A DNA stretch of 57,364 nt, the filler included, from Trichosphaerium sp. ATCC 40318 (lineage: Eukaryota; Protista; Tubulinea), in assembly GCA_038496445.1 (NCBI GenBank). It is 3 parts of 3 records of this genome, joined end to end, with 100 filler letters (N's around TTAATTAATTAA, not from the genome) between each part and the next. Parts side by side here need not be neighbours in the genome. Positions count along the whole stretch, not along the records: positions 1 to 21,956 come from JALMLS010000290.1; 2 more parts are not named here. One strand, written 5' to 3'. Positions within the stretch are counted from its first letter, which is position 1. Every line of letters starts with the position of its first letter. Position numbers and translations under genes: made by a program. Below the pieces are notes generated by a model. The model saw nothing but the letters and a program-made list of their open reading frames with translations, searched no databases and was not told where the DNA came from. This document shows positions 1 through 12,548 of this stretch, piece by piece.

Positions 1-1763
1 ACTTTTGCTGTTGCTGTTAAAGCGCTCGCAGTCCAAACAACGACACAGCTGAGAGGGACAAGGTTTAGACGAGAATTTATTCTCTGACAAAACCCCCCCT
101 ACTCTTTTTCATCGCCCGACCAGGCATAAATGGCTTCGCTCAAACGCAAGGTCAGTTTAGGCTTCGGCCGCTATGCCACCCACCAGCATCCTGGAATTGG
201 GCTTTAAAAAAACAAAAAACAACACTTTACCAAGTGCGACGCTCAAGTCTCATTTTTTACTAAGTATGAACAATATCCTAAGATGCAAGTCAGAGTGAAA
301 ACTCATGTTCTTCATTAAGGGAATAAAAACATTGTGAACTACATAAAAGTATTTTTTGAGATCAAACTTGAGTTAGTCTTCACACTAATAAAGAACACAC
401 GATTACTAGGTGCGTACGGGGTAGAGAGTGTGGTATCAGCGAGGAGTGAAATCTTTTGACCTGATCCAAACTACCCGAAGCGAAGGCGCTCTGCAAGGGC
501 GTGGCCGGTGATCTAGAACGATGGTGGAGGGAGCGAAGCGGATTAGAGACCCGTGTAGTCTCCACAGTAAACGATGCCGACTGAATGGGCGCCGGGCAAA
601 CCAAGGCTCGGGGCCCGTTCCCACGGGAAACCGAAGTAATCGGGCCCAGGGGGGAAGTATGGTCGCAAGGCTGAAACTTAAAGGCATTGACGGAGCAACA
701 CCACCAGGCTCTGGAGGCTGCGGCTCAATTTGACTCAACGCGCGACAACTTACCGGGATCGGACGCTCTAAGGGGACGAACAGACTGAAGGGTCTTTTCC
801 GAGTTAGCTAACGGTGGTGCATGGTCGTTTTAGGCTCGTGGACTTATCTGTCAGGTTTATTCCGATAACGGGCGAGATCGCTACTGTCACATTGATTCCC
901 CCGCCTCGTGCGGGACCCCTGTGCAGGACTGACGGCGAAAAGTCGTAAGAAGCGGCGGCTATAACAGATCCGGGATGCCCCCAGATATTCCGGGCCGCAC
1001 GCGGCCTACACTGCTTAGTTCAACGGGTTCCTGGGCCGAACAGGCATCCGGGCAAGCCCTGAAACCGCCAGAACACTTCTTCACGACAGCGAGTTAAACC
1101 TCAGATTTTATTATCTAAATACGACTACACTTAAACGCACCTTCGGAAACTACCACCTTCAAAACAAAGTCTGTCCTGAACCTAATATAAAGAGTTAACC
1201 CCCTCGTCGAGGCTTTTTAGGAAGTTAAATTCCTTTAATGTTAAGACGAGAAGCGCTGTTAGATGAAATTTATATCTTTGGACTTTGTTTCCTTAGTATA
1301 AACATTGAAAGAGCTGTGGATCGTTTCAAATTAACAAACAAAAGGTTTCTTCTTCACTTAAATGCTTTGACCTGGAAGATTATATCTTTACCAAGGCAAA
1401 CTTTATTATGAAGTAAGTTTCTGCAATGTTCATAAAAAATACATGAAAGCGCACCGTGTGGTCGATTTGGATGTTAAGTGTGCTCAATGCTGCTTCTCCG
1501 AAAAGACACATGCGTGCTTAGGGACTGGTTGCTGTAACTGTAGCCACGAACGCGGAATGCCTCGTACAGGTGTGTCATCAACGCACCTGGAATCTGTCCC
1601 TGTTGCTTGTACACACCGCCCGTCGCATCGACCGATGTGGGTGCGAGTGAGACCAGGGGGGACGACCGGCTTGCCGGTTATCGAACCTGCTCGAACTTGC
1701 GCTCATAAAGGATGATGAAGTCGTAACAAGGTTTCAGTAGGTGAACCTGCTGAAGGATCAATA
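1..1763 (+). rRNA. SSU (18S-like) rRNA, unit A, 5'-truncated by window edge
   Basis: Conserved motifs GAAACTTAAAGGCATTGACGG (673-693), TTGTACACACCGCCCGTCG (~1607-1625) and GAAGTCGTAACAAGG...GGTGAACCTGCTGAAGGATCA (1717-1760); AU-rich inserts at ~35-400 and ~1068-1511. Confidence 0.97.
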
Positions 1764-2000
1764 CTATTGGTATTAAACCCTTAGAAGCAATTAAACCAAC
1801 TTTTAACCAAGTTTAAAAGAAAAATTGGAGTATCAGCTCTGGTTTGGTAAATCTAATCTTACCTCGGTAAGTGAAGATGTAATCATCCTCTGCTGTGGTG
1901 ATATCTTGTATATCTGCCAGCTCCACAACTGCCATTTTGGCAAAACAAAACACAGTCGTGGCACGACTATAAAGAACGTCAAGATTTTCGAAAGAAACCA
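1764..2000 (+). other. ITS1, unit A
   Basis: AU-rich spacer between the SSU 3' end and 5.8S, built of short hairpins (CTTACC-TC-GGTAAG, TGCCA-TTT-TGGCA). Confidence 0.8.
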
Positions 2001-2168
2001 AACCTTGTCGGTGAACGGTTAGGCACCTCCCCCGAAGAAGGCCATGGATCACTATGAAACCAGCCACCGGAATCGCTCTCATCTGAAGGTGGCATTGCCG
2101 AATGCCTCAGGCCGCGTTCTGTATTCTCACGAATCACAGGCAAAGGAGCGTGACTCAGCGACGCCAGC
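2001..2168 (+). rRNA. 5.8S rRNA (divergent), unit A
   Basis: GC-rich island between two AU-rich spacers; AACCTTGTCGGTGAACGGTTAGGC..CCGAAGAAGGCC aligns by eye with the 5.8S 5' region (CGATGAAGAACG equivalent); ends approximate. Confidence 0.8.
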
Positions 2169-2366
2169 AAAACAAACACTAAATTTATTTGGTGCTGCGT
2201 ATGGTGTACACACTTAATCTTCTAAAAAAAGAAAGTGGTTGCCACAACTAATTAAATAAATTGCCGGAAGTGACGTTCCTCCAGAACTCATGCCTAGCTT
2301 ACTTAAGCGAAGCTTCAGAGGGAAGGTTGGTTCTATACATTGAAAGCATATAAAAAAACACAACTT

Positions 2367-4983
2367 GCGTCCTGAGTTACACTTGGCGACCTGCCTAAGT
2401 TAAGCATATCATTGGGGCAGAGGAAAGGAAACCAAAAGGGACTCCCTGAGTAGCGGCGAGCGAAAGGGGACAAGCTCAAGCCTGAATCCGAGCCTAGCAT
2501 CGGAGTTGTGGGCTAAGGCGTGGTGGCTCTTCCAGACGTTGACGGGAATTACGCACGAGTCGTAGCCGTAGAGGGTGCGAGCCCCGTACGCTGTCAACCG
2601 AGGAAATAGAGTCCCATCGTCCAGGAGTAGTATGGTTTGGCCGTGCCATACGAAGTTACCGGGAGGTTACCCGGCAAGGCTAAGTATCGGGAGGTGGCCG
2701 ATAGCGCACCAGTACCGTGAGGGAAGACTGAAACAGCACTCCTCGATAGAGGGTTAAAAGACCCGAAGCCGGCAAGGGTACAAATGGCACGGAGTACGTA
2801 GGTGCCCTGCACCTAATCTGCACATGGCAGACGCTCTTGTAGCGAGGGAAAAGCGACCGGGGCCTTGTGCCCTGGAAGATTATAATGAAACAAAACGTCG
2901 AGGGGAAGGTAATAGAAGTGACCAACACAAAAAAGTCATACTGGCTAATTGTGCTGTCCACACCATCCTACAAGCTGAAAAGCATAAAAACGTGGGTTTG
3001 GTTGAAAGGACATCAAAAAGCACTTTTTCAAACCTTTAAATGGCGTTGGTTCACTGAAATCACTGAAACCTCCGAATGTACGTCTTCTTCCGAAAGGAAC
3101 GAAGTTCGTCATTCATCGTCCACAACCTCAATGAGGCTCTATGCCCTTATTGGGCCATGGCCTCCGTGTATCCCGTCTTGAAACACGGATCAAGGAGTTC
3201 GCCGAGCGTGCGAGGGTGAGAGATCAAACCTCCAACCCGCACAGAAATGAAGCCAAGGATAAGCTCCTAGGCCGTCAAGTTCTTTATAAAAAAACAAACG
3301 TATTACATTACATGTATAAGTTTGCAAAGATCGACATAAAAAACCGACTATGCTATTATCATGTTTTTATGTTACGCAAGTAATTAAAAACACGTCATAC
3401 CAAAGTAGATACACTTTGCCATCTCCGGCGTTGTTCTCTTGGCAGGCGATAGTACGTTGGGCGATACCCGAAAGGTAGCGATCTATACCCGAAAAGGGGG
3501 AAGGCGGGAGAAATCCCGCTGGACGCCCGTAGCGTTGCTGACGTGCAAATCGCTCGCCGGACATTGGGTATAGGGGCGAGAGACCAAACGAGCTGCCAAC
3601 GTAGCTGGTACCGTTCGAAGTATCCCTAAGGATAGAGGGGGTCCGTGACGCCGGTCTCGTCTCGTAGAGCCACTGGAAAGAGGTATCGGAGGCCAAAGTT
3701 GCCATCGACCTATTATCAAACACATAAGAGGCGACCGATCACAGGCCGAATGGCTGTGATCACCGAGACGGTGGACCCCTATTGGGCCGGTCTTGATAAG
3801 CAGGACTGACGAGACGGTTTTAAACGCGAGCAGCAGCAAAGGCGCCCGAATAGGCAGTAACCAAGACAACGAAGGCGGTGTTCCAGTTTAGACAGCTGGA
3901 AGGTGGACATGGAAGTCGTCATCCTCTAAGGAGTGAGTAACTTCTCACCAGCCGAATTGGGACGCGCCGAAAATGGATGGCGCTAAACTGCCTTAGCCGC
4001 CGCTGCGCGATCGCCCCGGCTCGGCCCAGGGTGCGGTAGGACGGCGTGCTGGTGGCGTAGAAGGGGGGCGGTGGCGTCCACCCGGAGCCACCAGCAGTGA
4101 TGATCTTGGTGGTAGTAGCAATTGGAGCCTGGTGAAACAGTGTTTATCACAGCCAGGTCGCCCAAGTGGGGAAGGGTTTCGCGGTGATGGCATTCAGCTG
4201 CGAGTTAGCCGGTCCTAAGCCAGCTCCTAATAGAGTATACTGTTTGATGCTGGCAGACGACACTTTGTTCGGACGAAACTTTACTGTTTCTGATGACTGG
4301 TGGAAGTCTGCGATGCTTTCAACTCGGCGAAAGGCAACCTGGTGAGTAATCCAGGGCATGGGTAAGGAGGATGCATTTGCTTTAGAAGTGGCAACACTGA
4401 GAGAGAGAGCGCACGCGAGCAACCACACTTCTGCGGGGCCTTCTCCCGCGCCTAAGCTATTCGAGGGAAACTCCCCGGAGCCACGTAAAGCGGCGAAGGG
4501 AAAGAGTCGAGGGTAGCTAATGGGAAAGCACTTTTGCTTTCTAGGGGTGTTGGTGAGCTCGTTCTCACGAGGCTGCTCCTCTCCGAAGCCGACACTTTCG
4601 GGTGTTCAGTGTCCTCCAGGCTCATACCGTACCGAAAACCGCATCAGGTCCCCTAGGTTAGTCACCTCTGGCGCTGCACGGTGTAAACGGCGTAAGGGAA
4701 GTCGGCATACGCGGCCCGTAACTTCGGGAAAAGGGCTGGCTCTGCTGACCGGGACCCGGGACGACGTGCGTCTGCGCTACTTCAGTGTAGCCCCTTCGGG
4801 AATGGCGCACAGTCCCTGCAAAGAGGTCCACAAGCGGATCATGGCGGAACTCTCAGAAGCTTAGAGAACCCAACTGTTTACTTAAAACTTAGCCCTTTGA
4901 TACCTCCTCTGAGGTCTGACAAAGGGTGACTCCTGCCCAGTGCTTTGAAAGTTGCGGTGCTTAATTTCACCCAAGCACGGGTT

Positions 4984-5033
<50 letters not shown>

Positions 5034-5750
5034 GTAACTAATGACGCGCATGAATGGATGAATGAGGTTCTCGCTGTCCCTACGCCGACCGTGGCGAAAC
5101 CACAGAGTCGCGAACGGGCGACTTTTCTACCAGCGGGGAAAGAAGACCCTGTTGAGTTTGACTCTCACCACGCTTAGGGGCTTGGCACTGGAGGTATAGG
5201 GTAGGAAGTAGTTTTTTACGAAAGGTGTAACACTTCTACTCCGGAGGTCGGGCCCCAGACGCATTCAAAACGGGCGAAAGCGCCTGCCTCTTCGGAGGAC
5301 GTGGCGCTGCTCGAACCATACAAGTCGGTTCTTAGGATGAGGCGGGCCCAATCGAAAGTGCGGATTACCTTCCAATTTCGGAACTTTGACAAGCATTAAG
5401 GCGGACAGCGCGTGGCCGGGAGTTTGGCTGGGGCGGCACATCCGCTATAGGGTAACACGGATGACCTAAGGGGAGCTCAGTGGGGACAGAAACCCCACGT
5501 AGAGGCCAAGGCTAAAAGCCCCCTTGAGCAAGAGTGGAGCCATCGCTCTTGCACCCTAACGGGAGGCCTAGAGATCCCTCGTGACTAGTCATGTAACCTG
5601 ACACTGGGGTGACAGAAAAATTACCATAGGGATAACTGGCTTGTGGTCGCCAAGCGCTCAGAGCGACGCGACTTTTTGATTCTTCGATGTCGGCTCTTCC
5701 TATCCAGGTGTAGCAGAATGCTCCAAGGGTTGGATTGTTCACCCACTTAC

Positions 5751-5794
<44 letters not shown>

Positions 5795-6200
5795 TTACCC
5801 TACTGGTGGGCCTATTTTATTAACATGCGCGTCGTCGGTAGCGATGCCTCAGTACGAGAGGAACGGGCATCGGTGGCCTCTAGTGTCCGCGGACGTCCGA
5901 GAGGGCGGTTCGCGAAGCCACGCCATTGGGAGTACGGCTGAAGGCCTCTAAAGTCGGAAACCCAGCCGCCAAGAGCCGCGCGGCGACATTGTCGTTGCTG
6001 CGCCTCCTCGAACGAAAGGCTTCGGCCCGCAAAGGTTCTACACTATGGCACAAGTAGCACGTCTTAGCAAACGCCCGCAGGGGCCCCGTAAACCACGGGA
6101 ACTCGAACAGGGTCTTAGGGCATTTACTGTTGTAAGCTAGGGAGTCGCTCAAGCCTTCGGGTGCGACGACCTGCTGAGGCAGAGGCCCGACTAAATTGTA
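2367..6200 (+). rRNA. LSU (28S-like) rRNA, unit A
   Basis: TTAAGCATATCA...GGAAAGGAAACC 5' motif, CCCGTCTTGAAACACGGA (3172), H69 GGCGGGAGTAACTATGACTCTCTTAAGGTAGCC, PTC CTTCGATGTCGGCTCTTCC and GAGCTGGGTTTAGACCGTCGTGAGACAG, sarcin-ricin loop AGTACGAGAGGAAC (5851). Confidence 0.97.
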
Positions 6201-7716
6201 TTCAGAAATATTCATTGCATTCTTCATTTTTTCGTTTTCATGCCCACACTGAGACGTGATTTTTTATCTTTTTAGTATGTTTTGGTCAGCTTTACAAATG
6301 TACAAAGTTTACTTAGTCTTTACCTGCAAGCACCAAAACTTTCTCTATTTTCCGATTTTTATTTAAATCAAAGTTGATTTGTATTGATTTGACTTCATCT
6401 ACATCCTTTTTTGTCACTTGCCTCTAGTTGTGTTGTATGAGAGACCTAATCTGCAATTCATATTCATTTCTAACCAAATAGTATTTTTAAGTTTTCATAA
6501 TATACAATATCACGTGTTTGCAGCAATATTCAATGAACTACACCCAAATAGGAACCTTTTTTCATCAGTATTTTGAACATGTATTTTGTACCAAGTTGTT
6601 GGTTATCAAGTGATGGTTTTTTCAATTGTTGGTGTTGGTATTGATGAGAATGTACTTGTATAATGCATTTTTAAAATTGATCAGTCTTTAATATAATAAC
6701 AAGATTGAAACTAATTAAGCTTTTTTTTTACAAAAGCCATTTTTTTGTCACCAAATACAGCTTTATTTTTCACCAAATTGTCTTGTTTTTGCCAAAAAAA
6801 TGAGCAAATATGAGGCATTGCCTTGTAATGTTGGGCTTTGAAGCCTCATATTTGGGCCAAATAGCAAGCAACTGGTTTACTAATTAGCCTTAAAATAGCC
6901 TGCATTGTTCAGGGCTGAAACTCAGCTAGGCATTGCCTTAAAAAATGATGCATATTTCTAACATTTGGCATCAGATGGCAAAATCAAGGCATTTGCATTT
7001 GGCAATGCCCAATAAAATAAGGCATTTTTACAAAAAGGCAATGCCTTCATCAAAAAGGCATTAATACCAGGCATTTTTGGGCATCTTTTGGCATTGCATA
7101 AAATCAGGTAATGCCTTGTATTGCATTTTTTGGCATTGCATAAAATCAAGTAATGCCCTGTATTGCAAGTACTTTATGCCTTATTATGCCTTATTTTTTT
7201 AAAACAATATATGCCTTGTATTTTAATTGATATATTAGGCATTGCCTATACTATATCATAGGACTGATCACATTAAGGAAGTGGTTTAAGGTAAGTAACA
7301 GTCAAACAACTTTTACACTTTTTTTTTCACATCACCTACTGACGTTTTATATAGATAGGCACCTAGCGCTCTTAGTAATTCATGAAATTAGACGAAACCA
7401 CTGCCAAACGAACCGCAGCACCCTATTTCACCTATAATAGTAGTAGGAGTGAACTCCGCGATATTTCCAGGACCGCGGAATTCTAACACTACAAGGTAAG
7501 TTTTTTTTTTTTTTTTTTCTACACCATCTCATATTTTCTTTAAGGTTTTTTCAAATGTGGACTTAGGAGTTTTGTGTATTGTATGTGTACTGTATTATAA
7601 AATAAATAGTTGTGTTATTACCTGAAAATGCCCTGGTTTATTAGGCACTGTAGACTATGACAATGCTTTCTTTTTGCCTTCAAAATAAGGCATTGATGCA
7701 TGAGTTCAGTAGTAAA

Positions 7717-8657
7717 CAGGTCTAAAAATTAAAGTGGTATATACCAGTTTTTTTATGGTATATACCACTTTTTTCAACAAAATGGTATATGAACTGGTAT
7801 ATACCATTTTGAAATACCACTTTTTTTAAAAATTAAGTGAATAAAAAAGTGGTATATAGAAGTGGTATATACCACTTTTCATTCACATAATGAGACCTTC
7901 TAAAAATGGTATATAAAGTGGTATATACCACTTTTTTATGGTATGTGGTATATACCACCTTTTTATTGGTATATACCACTTTTATGGTATGCTTCAAGAA
8001 GGTCATTAAGGAGCTTTTTGGTAATGGGTTTTCTTGTTGAACGATCATGGACGTCATACATTGAACGGTGCATAGGGACCTTATTATATCATAGAATCTA
8101 ACCAAACCAAGCTCATTCGGACCGCAGGACCTGATTCCAGTACCAACATTGAGGAAACTATATTGCAGGTATTATACAGACGTTCGTGGGTACCAGACAA
8201 AGTTTTATTTTATTTTCGTTTGATATACATTAACCGACCTCCGTAGGCCTTAGTAATTGATGGATTCAGGTGGAACCACTTTCATTAGGTGCGCAGCATG
8301 GTTTTACAGTAGGCACAGCAAGCTCATGGAGATGGACGAATTTTCCAGACGCCCATAGTAATGTAACTGTAGTGGACATTGTCCAAAACTTGTAACTCAC
8401 AAACTGTGCATTAAATAAAGTGTATTTTCTGGAATTGCAGGTGTACTATAAGTAAGCATAAAGTGGTATATAAGAGTGGTATATACCATGAAAAACTGGT
8501 ATAAAAAAGTGGTATATAACTGGTATATACCTAAAAAAAGTGGTATAAAAAAGTGGTATATTTTTTTTTTTCTGGTGAAAAAAAGTGGTATATTTTCTGT
8601 TTTTATACCTGTTTTTTTTGGTATATTGTTGGTATATTTGGTCAATATACCACCCTG
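7717..8657. repeat. Two arrays of palindromic GTGGTATATACCAC motifs (~7730-7990 and ~8460-8657) flanking a ~450-bp unique core; probable nested TIR element
   Basis: About 20 full or half copies of TGGTATA(TACCA); bounded by AAACAGG...CCTGTTT. Confidence 0.75.
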
Positions 8658-9378
8658 TTTTCCTATGGGAAAAGTAGACGGAAAAACTCTTCCTTAATTC
8701 TCATTGAATTTATATGAAATTCCGTAAGTATTACTCATAGAATTCTTAGAGTATTACTTTTGGAATTGTGTATGTATTTTATATAGAATTCTCTATGTAT
8801 TTTTTATAGCATTTTTTAATGTATTTTTTGTAGATTTCAATAAAAAATACTTTATAAATTACACAAAATATTATTCGATACTTTGGTTCAGATTTAATGC
8901 AAAGTCATTTTATTTATTGATCATTACAAAATACAAACATCCTAAATAATACGTACAAGTTAAATACATCGTGTCTTCATAAACGAAAGAAGTAATTTGA
9001 TTGCATTTGGTTTTGAGAGCCTGAACAATAATTAATGCGTTTGTAAACGCTAAATTAAGAACGCGTAGGGTTTTTTGATAAATTAAGTGGAAATAAGCTT
9101 TAAAAACAACGTACTTGGAGTTAATGCTTTAAATACATTCTTTAATGGTGTAATAAGGCTGTTGCAATGCTTTAATCATCCTAAAACAGATAAGTAAGAG
9201 ATATTTATGTTTAAGTGATTTTCCAAACCACCTAAAATGCATTCTCTGTTACTTTTTGGATTAACGCACTTTAACCTGTACCATTGGTTTTTTCACCTTT
9301 AATAATAGCATGTGGATATTGTTTGCTAGAAAAACCTATGTACCTAAGGTGTCAATGGTTTTTTGCAAATATAAAACT

Positions 9379-9447
9379 AAACCCTAACCCTAACTTAATT
9401 TCTACTTTCATAAACCTCAACCCTAGCCCTAACCCTAACCCTAACTA
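9379..9447. repeat. Interstitial telomere-type (CCCTAA)n repeats
   Basis: AACCCTAACCCTAAC (9380-9394) and AACCCTAGCCCTAACCCTAACCCTAAC (9419-9445). Confidence 0.8.
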
Positions 9448-10324
9448 AATTAGTACATTATTTGGTGGATTTTGTACAATAATTCTGAAAATTCCGTATT
9501 TAAGGGAATATTATGGTAATTCTATCAAAAATCCTGCCATAAAAAAAAATAAAAATAAGAATTCTTCACAAATTACCTTAAAAATCCCTAAAACAAAGGA
9601 ATTTAGTGGGATTTATATCCAAAATCCCGTTTTCATTTTACCACTGTTATGCTCTAATTTGAAGGCATAATTCCTTAAAATATGCAGGCAAAACCATTGC
9701 AATCTTGTGTACCAGATGCAAGCATTTTTCATCAAATATAAGGCATTTTTGGAGCAAAAAATAAGGCATTGCCTTGTATTTGCCTTTTTGAATGAGGCAA
9801 AAACTAGGCATTGTCCAAAAATGCCTTGTTGAGTTTCAGCCCTGTTGGTCCAATAATGCCTCAATTTTTGTGCAACAATAAGGCATTTTTGCCCTCAATT
9901 TTTGGGCATAACCCAGGCGCCATATACTCATAAAACAAGGCTTTATATAAACATACAATAGTGATTCATTTATTAAAGTACAGTACACAAAACACAAAAA
10001 ACTGCAATGTCCTCCATGTAAAAAAACCCCTTTAGCTTAAAAAAAAAACTAACAAATTATTGGTATAATTTTCACAGACTGGAAAAATGGTTTAAAGTAC
10101 CTCTACTCCAATTGTAGGTGACTTTGGGTGCTGTGGTTCAAATATGAGTGGTTTTGTTAGAATTCATAAAATACTAAAAGTGTGGTGCCATAGTCTATAT
10201 AAAACATCAATAGTAAATGAAAAAAAAAAGTTTGAGAAGTGTTGGTATGGTGGAAACTTACCTTAAACCAATGTATCCTTAATGTACAATGTGTATGCAA
10301 CCAATACCTAATTGGTGCTTGTAA

Positions 10325-10692
10325 ATTTAAGGCTGGCAATGCATAAAAAAACTAAGGCAAGCATTGTCTAAAAAACAAGGCATTGCAACAATTAAGACAT
10401 TGCCCAACAAAGTTTTATTTCAATGCCTGATTTTACAAAAATTTCTTTGTATTTAAGACAAAACCTTGTTTAGTTTCAACCTTGTAAATACTCACAATAC
10501 AGAGCATTATTTGATTTTATTGCCAAAAAATGCCTTGTTTTAATGTCTTTTTGATGGAAGCATTGCCTTTTTGTAAAAATGCCTACTTTATTGAACAGTG
10601 CCAAATGCAAATGCCTTGATTTTGCTATTTGATGCCAAATGTTAGGAATATGCATCATTTTTAAAGCAATGTTTACTTGAGTTTCAGCCTTG
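10325..10692 (-). mobile_element. Degenerate inverted copy of the left arm of the 6910-9844 element
   Basis: Reverse complement reads CAAGGCTGAAACTCA...TGATGCATATTCCTAACATTTGGCATC...AAGGCATTTGCATTTGGCA, matching 6910-7085 with about 19 substitutions by manual alignment. Confidence 0.8.
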
Positions 10693-12548
10693 AACAAAAT
10701 ATTCCAAACTAACCTTCACTTATTGCCACTTTAAAGTTTGGTTTGTTTAGTGGATTGTAAGCATTTTCTTTCATTTTTAATAGCAAAATAAAAGAGTGTT
10801 TTTCTTTTATACTCAGCACATTTTTGTTGGTTTGAAACAAACTGTAAATTCTTTCAAAATACATAACCTTTGTTTGTGCAAAAGCTTTTATGTTTGTTTT
10901 ACAAGTAAAATATCTCCATCCAACCTTTACAAATAAAAATTAAACATTATAAGCTTTATGTTTAATTTTTATTTTAATATTTAATTTTACAACAACATTG
11001 GTTGGCTGAAAAATGAGTAATTTATCAATTGGTTTTCCTGTTTTGTCTTTAATTCTTACTTTACCAAATTGGTGTGTAGTGGTACAATAGATTTAAAAAC
11101 ATGCAATATTGTTTAAACACAATGCATTTGTTATGTGGTTGGTAAATCAAATAATTTTGTTAAAACAGCTTTATTGATAACCACTTTGGAATTTAAATTT
11201 ATCAAAAAAATCCCATAAAACCCCAAAACTAGTACTTTTATAAAGCAACTGTGCTGTTTCAAGCTTGAATCATTGTATAATGTCCAAGTTAGAATAAAAG
11301 TATCTAACAACATGACTATTAGTAAATCAAACATTGTTGTTGTACTTTTTATAAACACATTCACTTTTTACAATCACTTTTATACCTACACTTTCTCTGT
11401 TACAACAACCTCCAAACATGCAACAAAAAACATTGGTTATCAATTGTAATCATTTGAACTTAATAATTCTTAAAACTTTAACACAAAGAGAATCTTACAC
11501 AAATTTGTCAGTTTATCTCCACTTCCAATCTGTAAATATTTCCTATGTTTAGTTTGTATCACTGTGTTAGTATGTGTTTGAGCAAGTATAAAGCTAAGTT
11601 TAGTCTCCACTTAAGGTTGAGATATTGGAAAAGCAATTTATGAAACCATTTTATCTGTTGTGATGGTGGGTGTGTCATAATTGCATTAACTTATTTAGAA
11701 TACTCATTTTTCTTTTGATGTTGTCATCCATTTTATAATCAAAGTTCCATGATTAAAATTCATTAATGAGAAGTAAAATAATGTATTAACATGCTTCATT
11801 GTTTTTGATGACTGTTTGTTACTTAAATGTTGTTTAAATTGATTTTTTTGTCATATAAACCAATCTTTTTCAAACTCGATAAAACATCCCTTTCATTTAA
11901 TGCTACAACTGCACAAATAAACCCATTGATGATGTCCATGGCTCCATTTGTTTCATCACAAAAAGTACCCCACTCAGCCTTTTTTTTTGACCAATCTTAC
12001 AGCTAAAAGAAAGAGATTTTTTTGTTCAATGAAATTGTTAAATTAAACAGGTACTTTGATTTCCACATGTAAAGTAACACAAGAGTTATAGTTTGTATCA
12101 TGTAAAGAACTTCATTTGGTGTGTAAATCAATCAAAGACACCAAATAAGTTATAAAAGCACATGTATCATCACAAAAATTGTTGTCTTTGCTTTTGCCAA
12201 ACACATTAAGGTGTTATAAACATGATAACAATGCTTGTTATGAATTTTTTGGAATATTTTTTTAAACATATTAATACAGAATCTACACAAATTTTCTATT
12301 TTTGTTTGAGTAAAATGCTTTGTATTATTGAATAATGTGAATGAGCAAAAAAGATTTTACAATTTATTTAAAATAAAAATGTTGCAGAGATTGACAAAAA
12401 TGTTTGTAAACTCTTTTACTGCAATTGAAATTTTAAAAAAAAATTCAAACATTTGCTTTCAAACTTTGTTTTTGGGTAGATAAAAAATTACATCTCAGCA
12501 CATGGAGATGAAAAAGGAGAAGAATGAATAACACTGAAGATTTCTGAA

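Larger units (their letters stand above)
6910..9844. mobile_element. Non-autonomous TIR DNA element (CAGGG termini) with AGGCATT/AATGCCT subterminal repeats, carrying nested inserts
   Basis: Perfect 15-bp TIR CAGGGCTGAAACTCA (6910-6924) / TGAGTTTCAGCCCTG (9830-9844); dense AGGCATT motifs in both orientations inside each end; no clear TSD and no transposase. Confidence 0.7.

Noticed and set aside
255-310. Box C/D-like ATGAA...CTGA motifs in the V4 insert
   Set aside because: Both CTGA boxes exist only in unit B (CTAA and CAGA in unit A) and there is no canonical C box
1113-1472. CGACTACAC resembling a group I intron P7/R element
   Set aside because: It pairs in a simple long stem with ~1456-1464; no S element or terminal G context is recognisable
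380-6227. Many 60-140 aa ORFs over rDNA unit A, mirrored at 12597-19390
   Set aside because: They are shadow ORFs of rRNA; indels between the two units break them and none has protein motifs, including homing endonuclease motifs
7730-8657. CRISPR-like appearance of palindromic repeats (also 20298-21080)
   Set aside because: Spacing is irregular, repeats are degenerate, the context is eukaryotic and there are no cas genes
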